Assembly (NCBI GenBank): GCA_004431415.1
Contig: QPMI01000130.1
Location: forward strand, 1-64,000
Direction: 5' to 3'
Source of the DNA: Cyanophora paradoxa CCMP329
Lineage: Eukaryota > Plantae > Glaucophyta
DNA length: 64,000 nucleotides
The notes beneath the pieces are model-generated. The model ran no database searches and had not been told where the DNA came from. It saw only the letters and a list, made by a program, of their open reading frames with translations. The translations under genes and the position numbers were made by a program. Positions 43,957-57,045 of this stretch are shown here, in pieces. Positions within the stretch are counted from its first letter, which is position 1. Each line of letters starts with the position of its first letter.

Positions 43957-45870
43957 TCAGGAGCGCTCGAGGGAGTAGGCGTCGCCGGGCGGGCCCCGGG
44001 CCTTGTCCAGCACCTGCCGGCCCCCGACCCCTTCAGCGGGGCGCGGCGCGGGGGGCGGGGCGGCGGGGGCGGGCCTTGCGGAGGGCGGCCCAGTCGTCGG
44101 GGGTGAGCTGGAGGCGGAGGGCGGCGGCGTTGGCGTCGGCGTGCGCGCTGCTGCGGATGCCGACGATGGGGTAGCAGACGCCCTCGCCGGAGCCGCCGGC
44201 GTCGAGGACGTAGCGGAGGGCGACGGCCGGCACGGAGCTCCCGTGCCGCTCCGCCACCGCCTTCATCGCCATCAGCAGCTCCTGCGCCCCGCGGCCGCTC
44301 GCCCCCCGCCGCGCCCCCCGCGCCGCCCCCAGCCGGGCGGCGCGGCGCGGCGCGGCGCGGGGCGGGCCTGGAACCAGGGCCAGCCGCCGGCGCTCTGGAG
44401 GATGGAGAAGTACATCCTCAGCGATGCCGTGTCGAGGAGGCGCCGGTCGGGGGCCGGCAGGCCGATCCAGCGCTCCGAGAGGAGCCCGCCGGCCACCGGC
44501 CTGGCCCCCCGCGGTCAGCGCCGGCCTGCGCGGGGGGGCGGGGGGGGGGGCCACCCGTAGCAGAGGAGGCGGATGGCCTTCTCGCGGGCGTAGGGGATGA
44601 GGGCCCCCTCGGGGCGCCGGTCCAGGATGCTGCGCCCCGGCGCCCCCCTCAGCGCCGCCCCCGGCCCCGTCTCGCCGAGCGCGCGCCGGCGTCGGCCTCG
44701 CGGGCACCTGTACTGGACCTGTGGGGGCGTTGGGGGCGGGCGGGGCGGGGGCGGGGCGGGCGGGGGCACCTGGTTGGCGACGACGGGCACGCCGGCCTCG
44801 ACGATCTCCTGCGCCGCGCTCGCGCCCGGGGCGCGCGGGGGGGCGGGGGGCCGGGCGGCGCGCCCGCAGGTGCTTCGTGTCCATGTTCGTAGTTGCAACG
44901 GCCTTCAGCACGCCCCTCGCCCGGTAGCCCTCGAGCTGGCGGGGGCGTGAGCCAGGCGGGCGGGGGCGTCCAGGCCGCGGCGGCGCGCCATCCTCGCGAC
45001 TTCGACCATGCCAGGTACCGAGTAGTCCCACCTGGCGGAGGCGGCTCGGGGCGGCGGGGCGGGGGCGCGGGGGCGGGGCGGGGCGGGCCAGTGGAGCTGG
45101 ACCATGTCGAGGGCCTCGAGCCCGAGGGCGGCGAGGCTGCGCCGCAGCGTCCGCTCCACCACCGCCGCCGTCGGCTGCTCCCGGAAGATGTTCGGCACGA
45201 GCTTCGTGAAGACCTGCACCCGCCCCGCCGCCTCCGCCCCCCGCTCCTTCCGGTACCTGCGCAGCCGCCGCGCTCGGCCCCGAGTGCGCAGGCCGAGAGC
45301 ACTAACGGACGCAGCGCGTTCAGGGGCTAGCTAGCGCTGTGAGCCGTGAGCAGCCCGACCGGGGCGCCGGCGGCGCGGGCACGCGGGCCGGGCCGCGATG
45401 AGCGCTAGCGTAGATTTCAAGCTCGGGCCCGCGGGGCGCCGCACCGTCGGAGGAACTCGCCGATGACACTCTCGCTCGGACCGTAAATGTCTGCCGTATC
45501 GAACGTCGTATATCCTAGATCAGCGAGCTGCATCATGTCCTGCGCGTACGTCCGCGTCGGCGTAAGTGCTGCTGCGCGTGTACTAGCGCATTCAACGTGT
45601 AGTCAATCTCGCCATGTCCTGCACGTCCAGTGGCCCCGAGGACGCGCGCCCTAGGCCTGCGCCGGCGAACCTTAATAATTTTCTCAGGGTCAATCGGGCC
45701 GTGGCCGCCAGCCAGCTGCCAGCAGCCGCATATTATCGAAGCGTGCGAAAGGCCTGCGCAAAGGGATTTACGAAGCGTATGACACAAAGTTTTACGGATG
45801 CACGTGCTCGCTGCGGCCGGGCTTGGTACGAACCCAGCGGGCTTTCCGCGCTGCGAGGAATCAAAGCCAT
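43957..45870 (-). CDS. Aldo/keto reductase family protein, multi-exon; start uncertain
   Basis: GCWQLAGGHG, GYTTFDTADIYGPSE, FTK, LDMVQLHWWDY, NQVQYSILDRRPE, GGLLSERW and GDAYSLER*. Confidence 0.88.
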
Positions 45871-46244
45871 GCTCTCTTTCTCTCACGCGCGCTGCGCGCG
45901 CACAGCGGCTCGGTGAAACCGGGTGAATGCCGTGGGGGGTAGGCGAATCTGGTGCCGCAGGGGTATAACTGCCGGCTCCAGCTCTCGGGGTCTAGCCTAG
46001 TAGACGAACTGCCACGGTTAGATGGCGGGACGGGGTGTTTACTCCGTCTCTCCGGCGGCGAGCGTACAGTTTGCGCAGCCGAGGATCATACTTCCCCGGT
46101 TCGAATTCGCGGCTGTACGCAGTACGCCCGGCCTAAGCTGACGGACTAGCAGCGTCTGGAGCCCGGCCGTGGCCGACAGTCTCGCGCAGCTGACGATGAG
46201 CCTGAAAGCCAGTACAGACCGACCTTTTCCCTTCCTTCCACGTA

Positions 46245-49200
46245 ATGGCGACGAAGTGCGTTTCTTTCTTTCCTTCTTTCCGCTTCTTTCCGGGCGCTTC
46301 CCGCTAGACCGCTAGTTCAACTGCCGCCCACCGCCGGCCTCCCTCGGCGGCCGGCGTACGTAGCTAAGCTCCGCCGAGCGCCGACGGCCGACGGATGAGC
46401 TCGCCGCGTCGGTCTCGCATAAGTGTCACGCTGACCCGCCGCTTGTGTAGTTCGAGCGCATCTTGAACGACCTCATCTGGCGAGCCCCCTGAGCCCAGCC
46501 CACGCCGCGCCGCTGACGCCATGCGCAGGAAACAGAAGGCATGCGGGGTGGGCGCTGCCGCCGGGGTGCGCGCCGGCTGAGCGGGGGGCGCAGATTGTGG
46601 TGTCGCTGGAGTCACTGCACGAGGACGTGCAGCGGCGGCTGGAGCAGCAGCCGTTGAAGGTCGTCGGGGTGTCGGCGGGCGGGCCCACGCCGGAGGCCTC
46701 CCCGCAGAAGAGCGCCCGGAGCGCCCGGAGCGCCCGGAGCGCGTGGGATGAGGAGGAGGGGCACCAGCGGCGCCTCTCCACGCACGCCCACGAGCTGCTC
46801 CTCGAGCAGAACCGCGCCATCCAGGACAGCATGAACGGCCTCAAGGAGGAGCAGCTCGCCCAGATCGACGCCCTCGTCATGATGTGCGCCCGCCCGCACG
46901 GCCCCGCGGCGCGGCGCGGCGCGGCGGGGCCGAGGGGCGGGGGCGGCAGGTACAAGCGGGAGCGGGATGCGGTGCGGGGCAGCCGCCTCTCGGTCACGCA
47001 GCCTGTCGAGCTGCCGCACGGTCCGGTGCGCAGCGCCCCGGCGGCCCCGTGCGGCGCCGGGCGAGGGGCGGCAGGGAGGGGAGGCGGGGCCCGGGCTGGG
47101 GGCGGTGCGGGAGGCGGAGGCGACGCCGCGGCTGCCCGACGCCGGCGGCCTGGGCTCGCCGCGCCTCACGAGCGCCCTCAAGCGCGCCGAGGAGTTCAGG
47201 GCCCTCGCCGCCGCCGCCCGCACGGGCCTCCAGCCGGCGCGCCCGCCCCGGGGCCTGCGCGGGGCGGGCGGGGCTGACGGGCGGGCAGCACGTGGAGCGC
47301 GACGAGGCGGTCCGGCGGTGCATCCGGCGCGCCGAGGCGGAGATCTCCGAGCTCCTCGAGCAGGCGCGCCCCCCCGGCGTCGATCCCGTCCTCTCCTTTC
47401 CCTTCCTTTCCCCTCCTTTTCTGAGGGCGGGGCAGGTCATCGAGGGCAAGAAGCAGCGCCGCGCCCTCGCCCAGAAGTGCGTCGCCCGCCCCGCCCGCCT
47501 CGCCTGTCCCGAGCGCCCCGCGCAGGCTCGAGGAGAAGGGCAGGGCGGAGCGGCGCGCGGAGGAGGAGGAGCTGCGGCGGGCGCGCGAGGAGGCGGAGGA
47601 GGAGGCGCGGCGGGCGCGCGAGGAGGCGGCGGAGGCGGGGGAGGAGGCGGCGGGGCTGCGGGGGGAGCTGGACGCGGCTCGGCAGGAGGCGGACGGGGCG
47701 CGCGAGGAGCGGGACGAGCTGCAGGCCGCCCTCCACGCCGCCCGCAACCAGGCCCGCCCGCCCCGCCCGCGCGCCCGACCGCCCCCGAGCCCCGCCCACG
47801 CGCGCCCCGCGCCCCTTCAGATCCGGAGCCTCTCGACGCGGCTGCCGGTGCTGCAGGAGGAGAACGAGAACCACTCCCTCGAGCGCGCCGCCGCCGCCGA
47901 CCAGCGTCCGCCGCCCCGGCCCCGCCCCGCGCCGCGCCGGCGACGCCGACGGCGGAGGCAGAGAAGCGGCTGGCAGGCCGCCTGCGGGCGCTCGAGGAGG
48001 AGAACCGTTCCCTGCAGGCCCAGGCGCGCCCCGCCGGCCCCCGCGCGCCCTCGCCGGCGGCGCGCGTGAGGCGGGCCCAGGTGTCGGCCCTCTCGCAGCA
48101 GAGCCAGAGCCTCCTCGAGCAGAACAAGCGCCTCCTCTCGCACGTGCGCCCGCCGGCCCGGGCGGGGGCGGGGGCGGGGCGGGGCGGGCGGGGCGTGAGG
48201 GCGGGGGCGGCAGGGCCAGACGCTGGCGGAGCAGAACCAGCTGCTGGGGCTGGAGGCGAAGACGCTGCGGGTTCTGCTGGCGGAGCGGGAGGAGGGGGAG
48301 GAGGAGGGCGGGGCGGCCTCGGCCCTCGGGGGCGAGGCCGCCGCCAGCCCCGCCGAGGACGACCTCCCCGACGCCGTCCGCCCCGCCCCACACGCCCCCC
48401 CCCCGCCCCGCCCACACCCCGATGCGCCCGCCAGTCGGGCGCCTCGAGCGCGTCGGCGAGCCCGCAGCGGCGGGGCGGGCGGGCGCTGCCGCGGGCGGCG
48501 GCGGCGGAGACGCAGACGAGCGCGGCGACGCTCGCCGGCATGCGCGACTCGGTCAACCGCTCGCAGGCGCGCTGCCGGCCGGGGGCACGCGGGGCGGCGT
48601 GGGCGAGGGGGCGGGGGCGCAGGTCTTCGCGGAGACGCGGCGCCTGCTCGAGGAGGAGGCCGCCGCCAAGCGCTCCGCCGCCGCCGCCGCCGAGCACTAC
48701 CGGCCCGCCCCCGCCCGCCCGCCCCCGCCCGCCCCGCCGGGGAGAGGGCGAGCGGGGCGGGGGCGCAGGTGCGAGGCGGAGGCGCTGCGGGAGGCGGCGC
48801 GGACGGCGGAGGCCAAGGCGGAGGCGGCGCGCACGCAGCTCGCCAAGGCCTCCCGCGACCTCGCCGCCGCCCGCGCCGTCCGCCCCGCCCCGCCCCGCCC
48901 CGCGCGCCCCGGGGCGGGTGCGGGGGCCGACGGGGCGGGCAGCGGGAGGAGGGCCTGCGGGAGCAGCTGCTCGAGGCGAACGCGGCGCTGGCGGACGAGC
49001 TCGCCAAGGGGCGCCGGGGCGGGGAGGCGGCGGAGCGGGAGGCCGGGGAGCGGGCGGCTGGGCGGCGGCAGTACGCGGAGGAGGTGGCGGCGGTGCGGGG
49101 GGCGCTGCGGGAGGTGACGGTGCAGCTCGAGTGGTGCGAGGGCGAGCTCGCGCGCGTCAAGGCCGACGCCCAGCGCCTCCGCACCGAGCGCGACCTCTAC

Positions 49201-50352
49201 CGCGCCCAGGCCCGCCCCGCCCCCCCGCCCCGCCCCGCCCCGCCCCGCCCTCGCGCCGACACGGGGCAGGCCGACTCGCACCGGCGCGAGCTCGAGACGT
49301 ACCGGGTGGACCTCCGCAAGGCGCGCCCCGGGGCGGGCGGGGGCGGCGGGGCGCCCCTCTGAGGCGCCGCCCCGCGCGCAGGTCAAGGCCCAGGTCCACG
49401 ACATCCTCACCGCTCGCACCGCCGCCGCCGCCGCCTCCTCCGCCCCGCCCTCCCCCGCCGCCCCGCCCCCGCCCCGCCCCCGCTGCCGGCTGGACCGCCC
49501 CGGGCTCCCCAGCCCCTCCGGCCCCGCCCGCTCCCCGCCCGCCCGCGCCCCCGCGCCTCCGCCGCTTCCGCCGCCGCGCCAGAGCCGCCGCGCGGGGCGT
49601 ACCCGCCCCGCCCCCGCCGCCGGCGTCGGGCGGGGAGCTGATCACGGCCGTCTCGAACCTGCCGCCGCGCTCGGCGCTGCCCTCGGCCGCGTACGGCGCG
49701 GCGGCGGCGGCCTCGCCGGGGCGGGGGGCGGCGGGAGTGGGCGCGGGCGGCCCTCGGGCTCGGGCTCCGAGGCGGCCGTGTCGCCCACTTCCCTCCCCCT
49801 CGCGGCCTCCGCCCGCGGCCCCACGCCCGCCCCTCCTCCGCCCAGCCGCGCCCCTCCGCCGGCCCCGCCTCGGTGCCCCCGCCGCCCGCCCCGAGCGCCC
49901 CTCGCGGCGGCGGCGGCGCTGAGTGATGGCGGCAGCGGGGCGCGGCGCCGCAGAGCCCCGGGGAGCGACACCCCATCTACGGCCTGCGGGAGGAGCGGGA
50001 GGGCGGGGCCCCGGGGCGGCGCTCCGACCCCCGCACCCCTACGCCTCGCCGGCGCCCCACGTCCAGGCGGCCGCGCCCCCGGCGCCGGGCGTCGCCGCCG
50101 GCTCGGCGGCGGCGACGGCGGCTGCGATCGCGGTCCGTGGGGGCGGGGCGCGGGGCGGGCGGGGGTGACGGGCGGGCGGGCAGGCGCTGCAGGCGGTGGA
50201 CCGGGAGCGGGAGGCGCGGGAGCGGGCCCCCGTCTGGGAGCGCCTCTACAGCGACCGCGCCAAGCACGCCGCCCCCCGCGGCCCCCGCCCCTTCTAGCCT
50301 CGCCCCTCCCCAGCCGCCCTCCCCCGCACGGCTGCAGCCCTCCGCGCGGTGA
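46245..50352 (+). CDS. Large coiled-coil protein of unknown function, many exons; ends approximate
   Basis: E/R/A-rich heptad exons (ELLLEQNRAIQDSMNGLKEEQ, RLRALEEENRSLQAQ, LREQLLEANAALADEL) separated by typical short introns. Confidence 0.6.
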
Positions 50353-50869
50353 AGGCGCCCCTTGAGCGCACACGTGCACCGACCTCTTCCTGCGCCGGCC
50401 TGTGCGCACGATGAATATTGTTCAGGATCGGACGGGCTGGGGACTTGAGATGCGGCAGAGCTCCAGAATACCCTCGATCTCGGCTGCTCCGAAATTAAAT
50501 GCACTTCTCATAGTCTGGCCAGCTAGCGCTCAGTTTCGTGATCGCTGCCAGGCTGGCCCAGTGGTTTTCACTAATCATGAGAATCTGTTTCAAAAATGTT
50601 CTATCCCATCGCATGTGCACTCGTGCGCCCGGGGCCCGGGGCCTGACGATTATCATAGTATCGGACCCTCCGAGGCTTCCCACGACGCACAATTGCAAGC
50701 CTTGAAGCGATTCCATGCCATGATGATCATGACCGTCGGACTCATGATCATGAACGCGATCAGTGTTCGCTGACTCAGGCTGAGTCATCGGCCGCGATGT
50801 CACTGAGTCACTGAGTCATCATGGCATCGGATCCGATGATCATCGATATCGGATGTCACTGAGTCAAGT

Positions 50870-51367
50870 TAGGTTCAACGGTTGGCGTTGAATTTAATTT
50901 CTCGCCTTGCACGAGTACTGCGGCACCGTGGCCCAGTGGCGCATGCGCAGTAACTGAGTACAACTGGCCCACTGGCCCAGTGGGGCCAGTGGCAGAGACT
51001 TCGAAGCCTTTAAAGCTCCGGGACCCTCAAGTCTGAGGCCTGACCCCGAGGGGCGGGAGGGGTACTTGCCAAGTTGGTCACATTCGCCTCAGAGTCTAAT
51101 AGTCTATTTCCTTATTCAATGATTCTATGGTACCGGTACGTACTACGGTATCAAGTATCGAGAAAAAGACTCTGCGATCTTCAGATAAAACAGCTCTAGC
51201 AGACCTACAGCTATAGCTATAGCTAAATTGCTAGACTCTAAAGAGCTTCACCGTGAATAAAATAATCTACCAAATAAAAAACCAAAGTGTGAATTACAAA
51301 TAATCGGACGGCCCCGGGCCGCCGGGCAAAGCCATGAATACATGCAAACGTTAACCGTTGAACCCTA
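50870..51367. mobile_element. Possible hAT-like MITE (~500 bp)
   Basis: TAGGTTCAACGGTTGGCGTT ... AACGTTAACCGTTGAACCCTA are imperfect inverted ends. No clear TSD. Confidence 0.35.
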
Positions 51368-52131
51368 TAGCTATCTAATCAACGCTGTGCTTGATGAAGC
51401 AAGCTCACGGAGTCACGCGCAAACTGGCAGGGCGCACTGCGGCAACAACTGAATGTTTACGCATATACTATGTTATACATGGGCGAATCGAAAAAGATAA
51501 CACCAAGATTCATATAAGCTCTTGAGGCTCGCTTCAGAAAGAAACTGGTTTGACGAAAGCGTTGTCTCGGTTTCGATGTCGACGATAGCGACTGTTGATA
51601 AAACGAGGGTACTATGCATTGCAATTACAAAAAAGTTGGGCGCGAGCGGGGGCAGCGAATTCGAATGGGATGAAGGGGCGCCAGTCGCGCTGTGCAAGAT
51701 GCGCAACGAGAGCTGCAGGGGAGCCGCTCCTCGCGCCCCCGCCTATCTACGGTAGTAATCTCAGACTAGGGGCTCGCAGCTGAAAAAGAAACAACCGTCC
51801 CGATCGAAAAAAAGGGGGGCGCAAGGGGCGCTGGGGCGGGGCGGAAGGGGTGGCGGGGGAGGGGGGGGAAGGGGGGGGATGGGGGGATCAGAGGGCGGGG
51901 GCGGGGCGGCGAAGAGGGCGTCGTGCGGGCCCCGACGAAGAGATCCCGGAAGATCGGCAGCCGCGGGCCCGCCCCTCCGCGGCCGCCGCGTCGGCCCCTG
52001 TGGGCGGGCCTCGGCGGGGGCGGCGGCCTCGGCGGGGCCGGGGGCGGGGCCGGCGCGGGAGGCGGCCTCCGCGGCCGCGGCCGCGGCGGCGCCGACGGCC
52101 CCCGGCGAGTTCCTCCCCCGCTCCGCTGAGG

Positions 52132-53087
52132 TCACAGCCCCGTGCGAGAAGCGGCAGCGCGTCCCGTAGGCGCAGGTTCCTGCACGGCGGCCTCGTCGGC
52201 GCGGGGCCGCCCGGGGGCGGGGGCCCGCTCACCGTAGGTCCAGAACTGAATGCAGGGCGAGCTCTTGTACTTGGGGTGCCTGCGAGTGGCGCTCAGCGGG
52301 GCGGGGCGGCGGGAGCGGGGGCGGGGCGCTCGGACCGGGGCAGGGGCCGCATCTCGGCGAGGCCGTGGGCGAACTGGCACTTGGAGCCGTAGCGGCACGC
52401 CCCCTTCTCCTCGAAGTTCTTGCACAGCTCCGTCTGCGCGCCCCGCCCTCAGACCCCCGCCCCCACGCCCCGCCCCGCCCCGCCCCCGCTCGCACGCGCC
52501 TTGTAAAGGTGCGTCCTCCCCGCGCGGGGGTCGTGGGCGCCGGGGGAGGGCGGGAGCGCGGCGCCGGCGGCGGCGGCGATCGGGGAGCTCTGGGGCGGGG
52601 AGGAGCAGAGGGAGGGGGGCGAGGAGGCGGCGGAGGGGGGCGAGAAGAGGGGCGCGGCGGCGTCGGCGGACTCGCACGAGGAGAGAGAGCACGTGGGCGA
52701 GGCGGCACGCGGGCCGTCGCCCGCCCGCCCCCCCGCCCCGCGCCCCGCCCCGCCCTGCGACACCTCCAAGGGCAGGGGGGCGGGGAGGGTGCTCGCGGGG
52801 CGGGCGGGGCCGAGGCCGGCCTTGGCGGCGAGCTCGACGATCTGCTGCTGGAGGGCTGCCTGCTGGAGCTGCAGCACGAGCTGCTGCTGCGCCGACGCGT
52901 ACGAGGCCGCCAGCGCCCTCAGGTCGCTGCCGGGCGCCCATGGCCGGTCCATGGCGCCGGCAGCCGGGTGCGGGATCCGCGCAGACTGCCCCTGCAGGTA
53001 GTTGAGCTGGTAAGCCACGGCGGCGAGCTCCGGGTTGCGCTGGAACTCGGCGAGCCCGGCCGTGAGGCTGCTCAGCGCGCTCTGCAT
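52132..53087 (-). CDS. Tandem CCCH zinc-finger RNA-binding protein (tristetraprolin/ZFP36 family); start uncertain
   Basis: LYK|[24 protein letters not shown] and [16 protein letters not shown]|[12 protein letters not shown]. Confidence 0.9.
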
Positions 53088-56000
53088 CTCCGCGCTCGCG
53101 CGGCGCTCGAGGCACCCGTTGCTCGCGCGCACTGTGAGAAATGCGTCTGTGCACGTGAGATCGGGCAGACTTCGACAAGGTTTACTTCGGCAAATTCTTA
53201 CCGTCACCACCGCGCGTCTGCCAAGGCTGATGCGAATCTCGGCGAGCTCGCCAGCTGCAGCAGATCCAGTGACCGCGGCCGTCGGACGTGTCTGACCTGA
53301 CTCGGCGAGGCTTTGAGGGCGGTGCCACTGGGCCACCGTGGCAGCTGCAGCCTGCAGGTCGATCCGATAATAAGCTGGCCGACGTACAAGCTCGAGGGTA
53401 GTAGTAGTCGTGATCGATGATACGTACAGTTGCACCGTGGCACGTTAAACGTATATTTCAAGTTTCGGTAAAGTAGTACTCGCCGAGTCGCACAGCGCGC
53501 AGCTTCGAATTCAAGGGTGTATGCGTACGTATACGTATACGTACTACGGTATCGATTTCGATCCGATGATCGCGATATCGATATCGCGTTATCGATACAC
53601 GTATATATATACGCGTACGCCCGGCTAATGCGACTTAACTGCGAGTACGTGTATATATATATATATAACGCGTGCAGCTAATATACTATGATTCGCATTT
53701 GCGAATACGTATACGTGTACTAGTACTGCTGGTATACGTACTAGCTATATAGATCTAGACTGCGAATACTGTATTAATACGGATCCGGATACGTATATGT
53801 GAACGTAATTCAACGTATACGTAAACGTTTACGCATAAACGTAAACGTACTACGGTACCCGGTATACGTACGCGTGTGCGGACTAGCTGCGCAATACTAG
53901 TCGACGTCCGATTTGCAATCACCGCAGTGACGTCGACGTCCGACGGTCGACTCATGAGTCATGATCAGCCTGGCAGTCCGAGGTAGGGCTGGGCACAGTC
54001 CGACTTTTCCCCCACCGGGTCGGTGGGCCCGCTGACTGTTACCCACCGGTGGCGGTCGGTGGAGGTGGGGGTACGTGCTACAGTGCGTGAAAATTGACAG
54101 GAAATTTAAATACGCTAAATTCTGCACATTTGTTTTTTGGTGAATTACGTATATACTGGCCACAGTCTCTAGACACCGGCCAGCACTGCGGGGGCTGCCC
54201 AGGGGGCATAAAGACAAAAAAGCAAAATAACTAAGACAAGACCACGAAGAAAGATAAGACAAAGAGCCAGAATCGACAATAAAAAAGGAAAGACACAGAG
54301 CTCGAGACAGATCGATAGCGAGAAGAGACGATAAATCGAGCAGATCTAGGGACAGAGGATAACTGACACGAATTCGAAGAAGAGCCAGAGCTAGACAGCT
54401 TCAAGGCGCTACGTATATACGCGCCTACTCTGTTCCCAACTGTCTAAAGCAAGTGCTTTGGGGCGAGTTCAAGCCAGTTGTGGGGGAGGCCGGGGTGGTT
54501 GATGCATATGCTCAGAATTCGAAGGGGTACGTACATGGGATATCGCGATCGATGGCGTATGTATACCGCCCCACAACTACCGCCCCATACAAGTACCCCG
54601 ATACAGTACCCCCCACAACTACCGCCCCATACAAGCCTAGGCCTCAAGTTTTTTAAAACGCGGTAATTTGGTACCGCGGTACTACGGTATTTTGACCACC
54701 CCCGGGCCGGAGTTTTTAACGCGGTAATTTATGCCGCGGTAATTTAGTGCCACACGGTAGATTGTGGGTGCGTAGCGCCTTCAGCTTGCAATTAATATTG
54801 AAGCTGTACACAATGCACTACTACACATGTGCAGAATTTAGCGTATTTCTTGTCAATTTTCACGTGCACGCACTGCATGTCTACGCACGGTACTACGGTA
54901 GCACGTACTCCCCCCGACCGCCGCGCCACCGGTGGGTAACAGTCAGCAATATTTTCCGCAAAACGGTACCGGTAAATTATCAAGGAATCGAAATGATCGG
55001 ATTGGCAATCTCAATTACGATAGTATCTATAAGTTATGATCATGAATCATGATTAGGGTTGACCGTCGGACCGTCATGATCACCAGTGATCATGACTACA
55101 CTGAGTGGCCCAGTGGCAGTGACTCACCACAGCTCGGTTTTTTTACCGGTCGACCCGACAGGGCCGACACGGCCGAATATCCGGTTTCGTTAAATTCCCC
55201 TCGGGTATTCAGAATTCCCCGGCGCAAGCTATCATCGTATAGCTAGTGCATTCTACCCGGTAGCTTGACGGCTACAACGTCCTGCAGCGCGACTAGCCGG
55301 CGTGCATCGGGTGAAAAGTTATCGCGATCGCCGGCTACCCTTGCCCATATCCGGGCCGTGTTGGGTCGATTAGGAAACAAAACGAGCTGTGCACGTGGTG
55401 GCACCGCCGGCCGAGCGCGCCGCGCGGGCCGCGCGCAGGGTTCCGGCCGAAAACTTTTTCGAAAAATGAAACAAAATTTTTTGTAAAATGTTTTGCAAAA
55501 TGTTTTGCAAACTTTTTTGGTCTCGGCTGGACGCTCAAAAAAGTTTGCACGAGAAAATATTCGGGGGGCCCTTTTCTCGTGCAGAACACGTCGTAATAAA
55601 CTTCCTATACGTATCTCTTGCATATGCGATAGGGGCACTCTGCACGTCGATAAGGTTCAGACCTCACTGTACCCCTGGCGAGCCCTAGGAAATTCATGAG
55701 TGTGCCTTCGCCCAAATGGGCTCGAAATAAAACTTCTGACCACTTCCCATGCTACAAGAATGTTAAGAGGACCTTAAGAGCACGTTTAGAGCGCGTTTGC
55801 GCGCCTCTGGAACGTGCCTTCTCGTTTGTATGGCAAAAGTTTTTGGGAAATCTTTCAAAAATGTTTAAAATAGTTTTAAATTTTTTTGGGGGTCTCCTGG
55901 GCCCACAAAAAATTTTGGAACTCTGGCCGCGCGGCGAGCTGCAGGCTGCAGCTGTGCGCATGCACGTGCGCATGCATGCGCATGCGCACGGTTGACGTCG

Positions 56001-57045
56001 ACCGTCACGCGCGCCGCGGCGCGTGTCCGACGGTCGGACCGTCGAGTCCCTGAGATGCCATCATATTTAAGAACTAGCCTAGTAGTAGTACTTTAAGAAC
56101 GGCCCGGCGGAAACTCCGCGACTCCGCGACTCCGCCATAGGCGGGTCAGCCGCTAGTACCCTTCTCCATACAAAAATCCCGTTAAAGAGTATCAAATATT
56201 CGTCAAAGTGCACTGGCAGGTCTGACGAATATAGACAAAATAAAGACGCTGTCGAAGATTCCTACGTACTGTATACGTTTACAGTACCGTAGAGCAGGAA
56301 AATACTGGGCTCCAGTACTAGTATTTCCCTGCTGCTAAGCTGCCCCATACAGTACCCCCTAAAATTATCGCCCCATACAAGCCTGACAAGATTTTGGTCC
56401 ACTAATTTCGGGCTCCAGTATTTTGCCGAAGGGAGGGCCAAGTTCTCTAGTCCACTAATTTCCGGCCCACTATTTTCCTGCTCTACGGTAGTAGACTCGC
56501 CGTCGGACTCCCTCATCGTCCACGATTCGTCCATCGTCCTTCGCATCGTCCATCGTCCATCGTCCATCGTCGATCGTACGCGTCCGGATCCATTCGTTGA
56601 CACATGGAAAAACAACAAAAATCCTCCGAAAATTAAACGAAAAAAACACGGACAGTCTTCGATTCGAGATATCCCCAGTGATTCCCCACTCCCGAGTCCT
56701 GCAAACTTTGAAAGCTTCAAGGCCAAAACAAGCTTAAGACTCTGATATATCGATCATGAGACATGTACATATATAACGCGTGCAAACTTTAAGTCTTATC
56801 GAATTCAATCAAGCGGAGATGGCATGGAGGCAGCAGCCTCCACATGTACATGCGGCAGCGAGCCTGCAGCAGATGTACTGGTAGATGCGGTGCAGGCCTA
56901 GGGCCAGATGCTGCGGGCACGATGGTGGCTCTCGTCCTGCCCCTCCCCAAGGGGCGCCCCCTCGAACGAGATGCGCCCGTAGAGCTCCCGGCAGTGCTCG
57001 TCACACGCCAGCAGCCTGCCGCAGTGCGCCGGCACGCGCCCATGA

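Noticed and set aside
46884-49922. 1012-aa ORF and similar long R/P/G/A-rich ORFs (e.g. 59839-62685, 17375-18760, 38638-40020)
   Set aside because: These are read-through of GC-rich introns lacking stops; the real genes are multi-exon.
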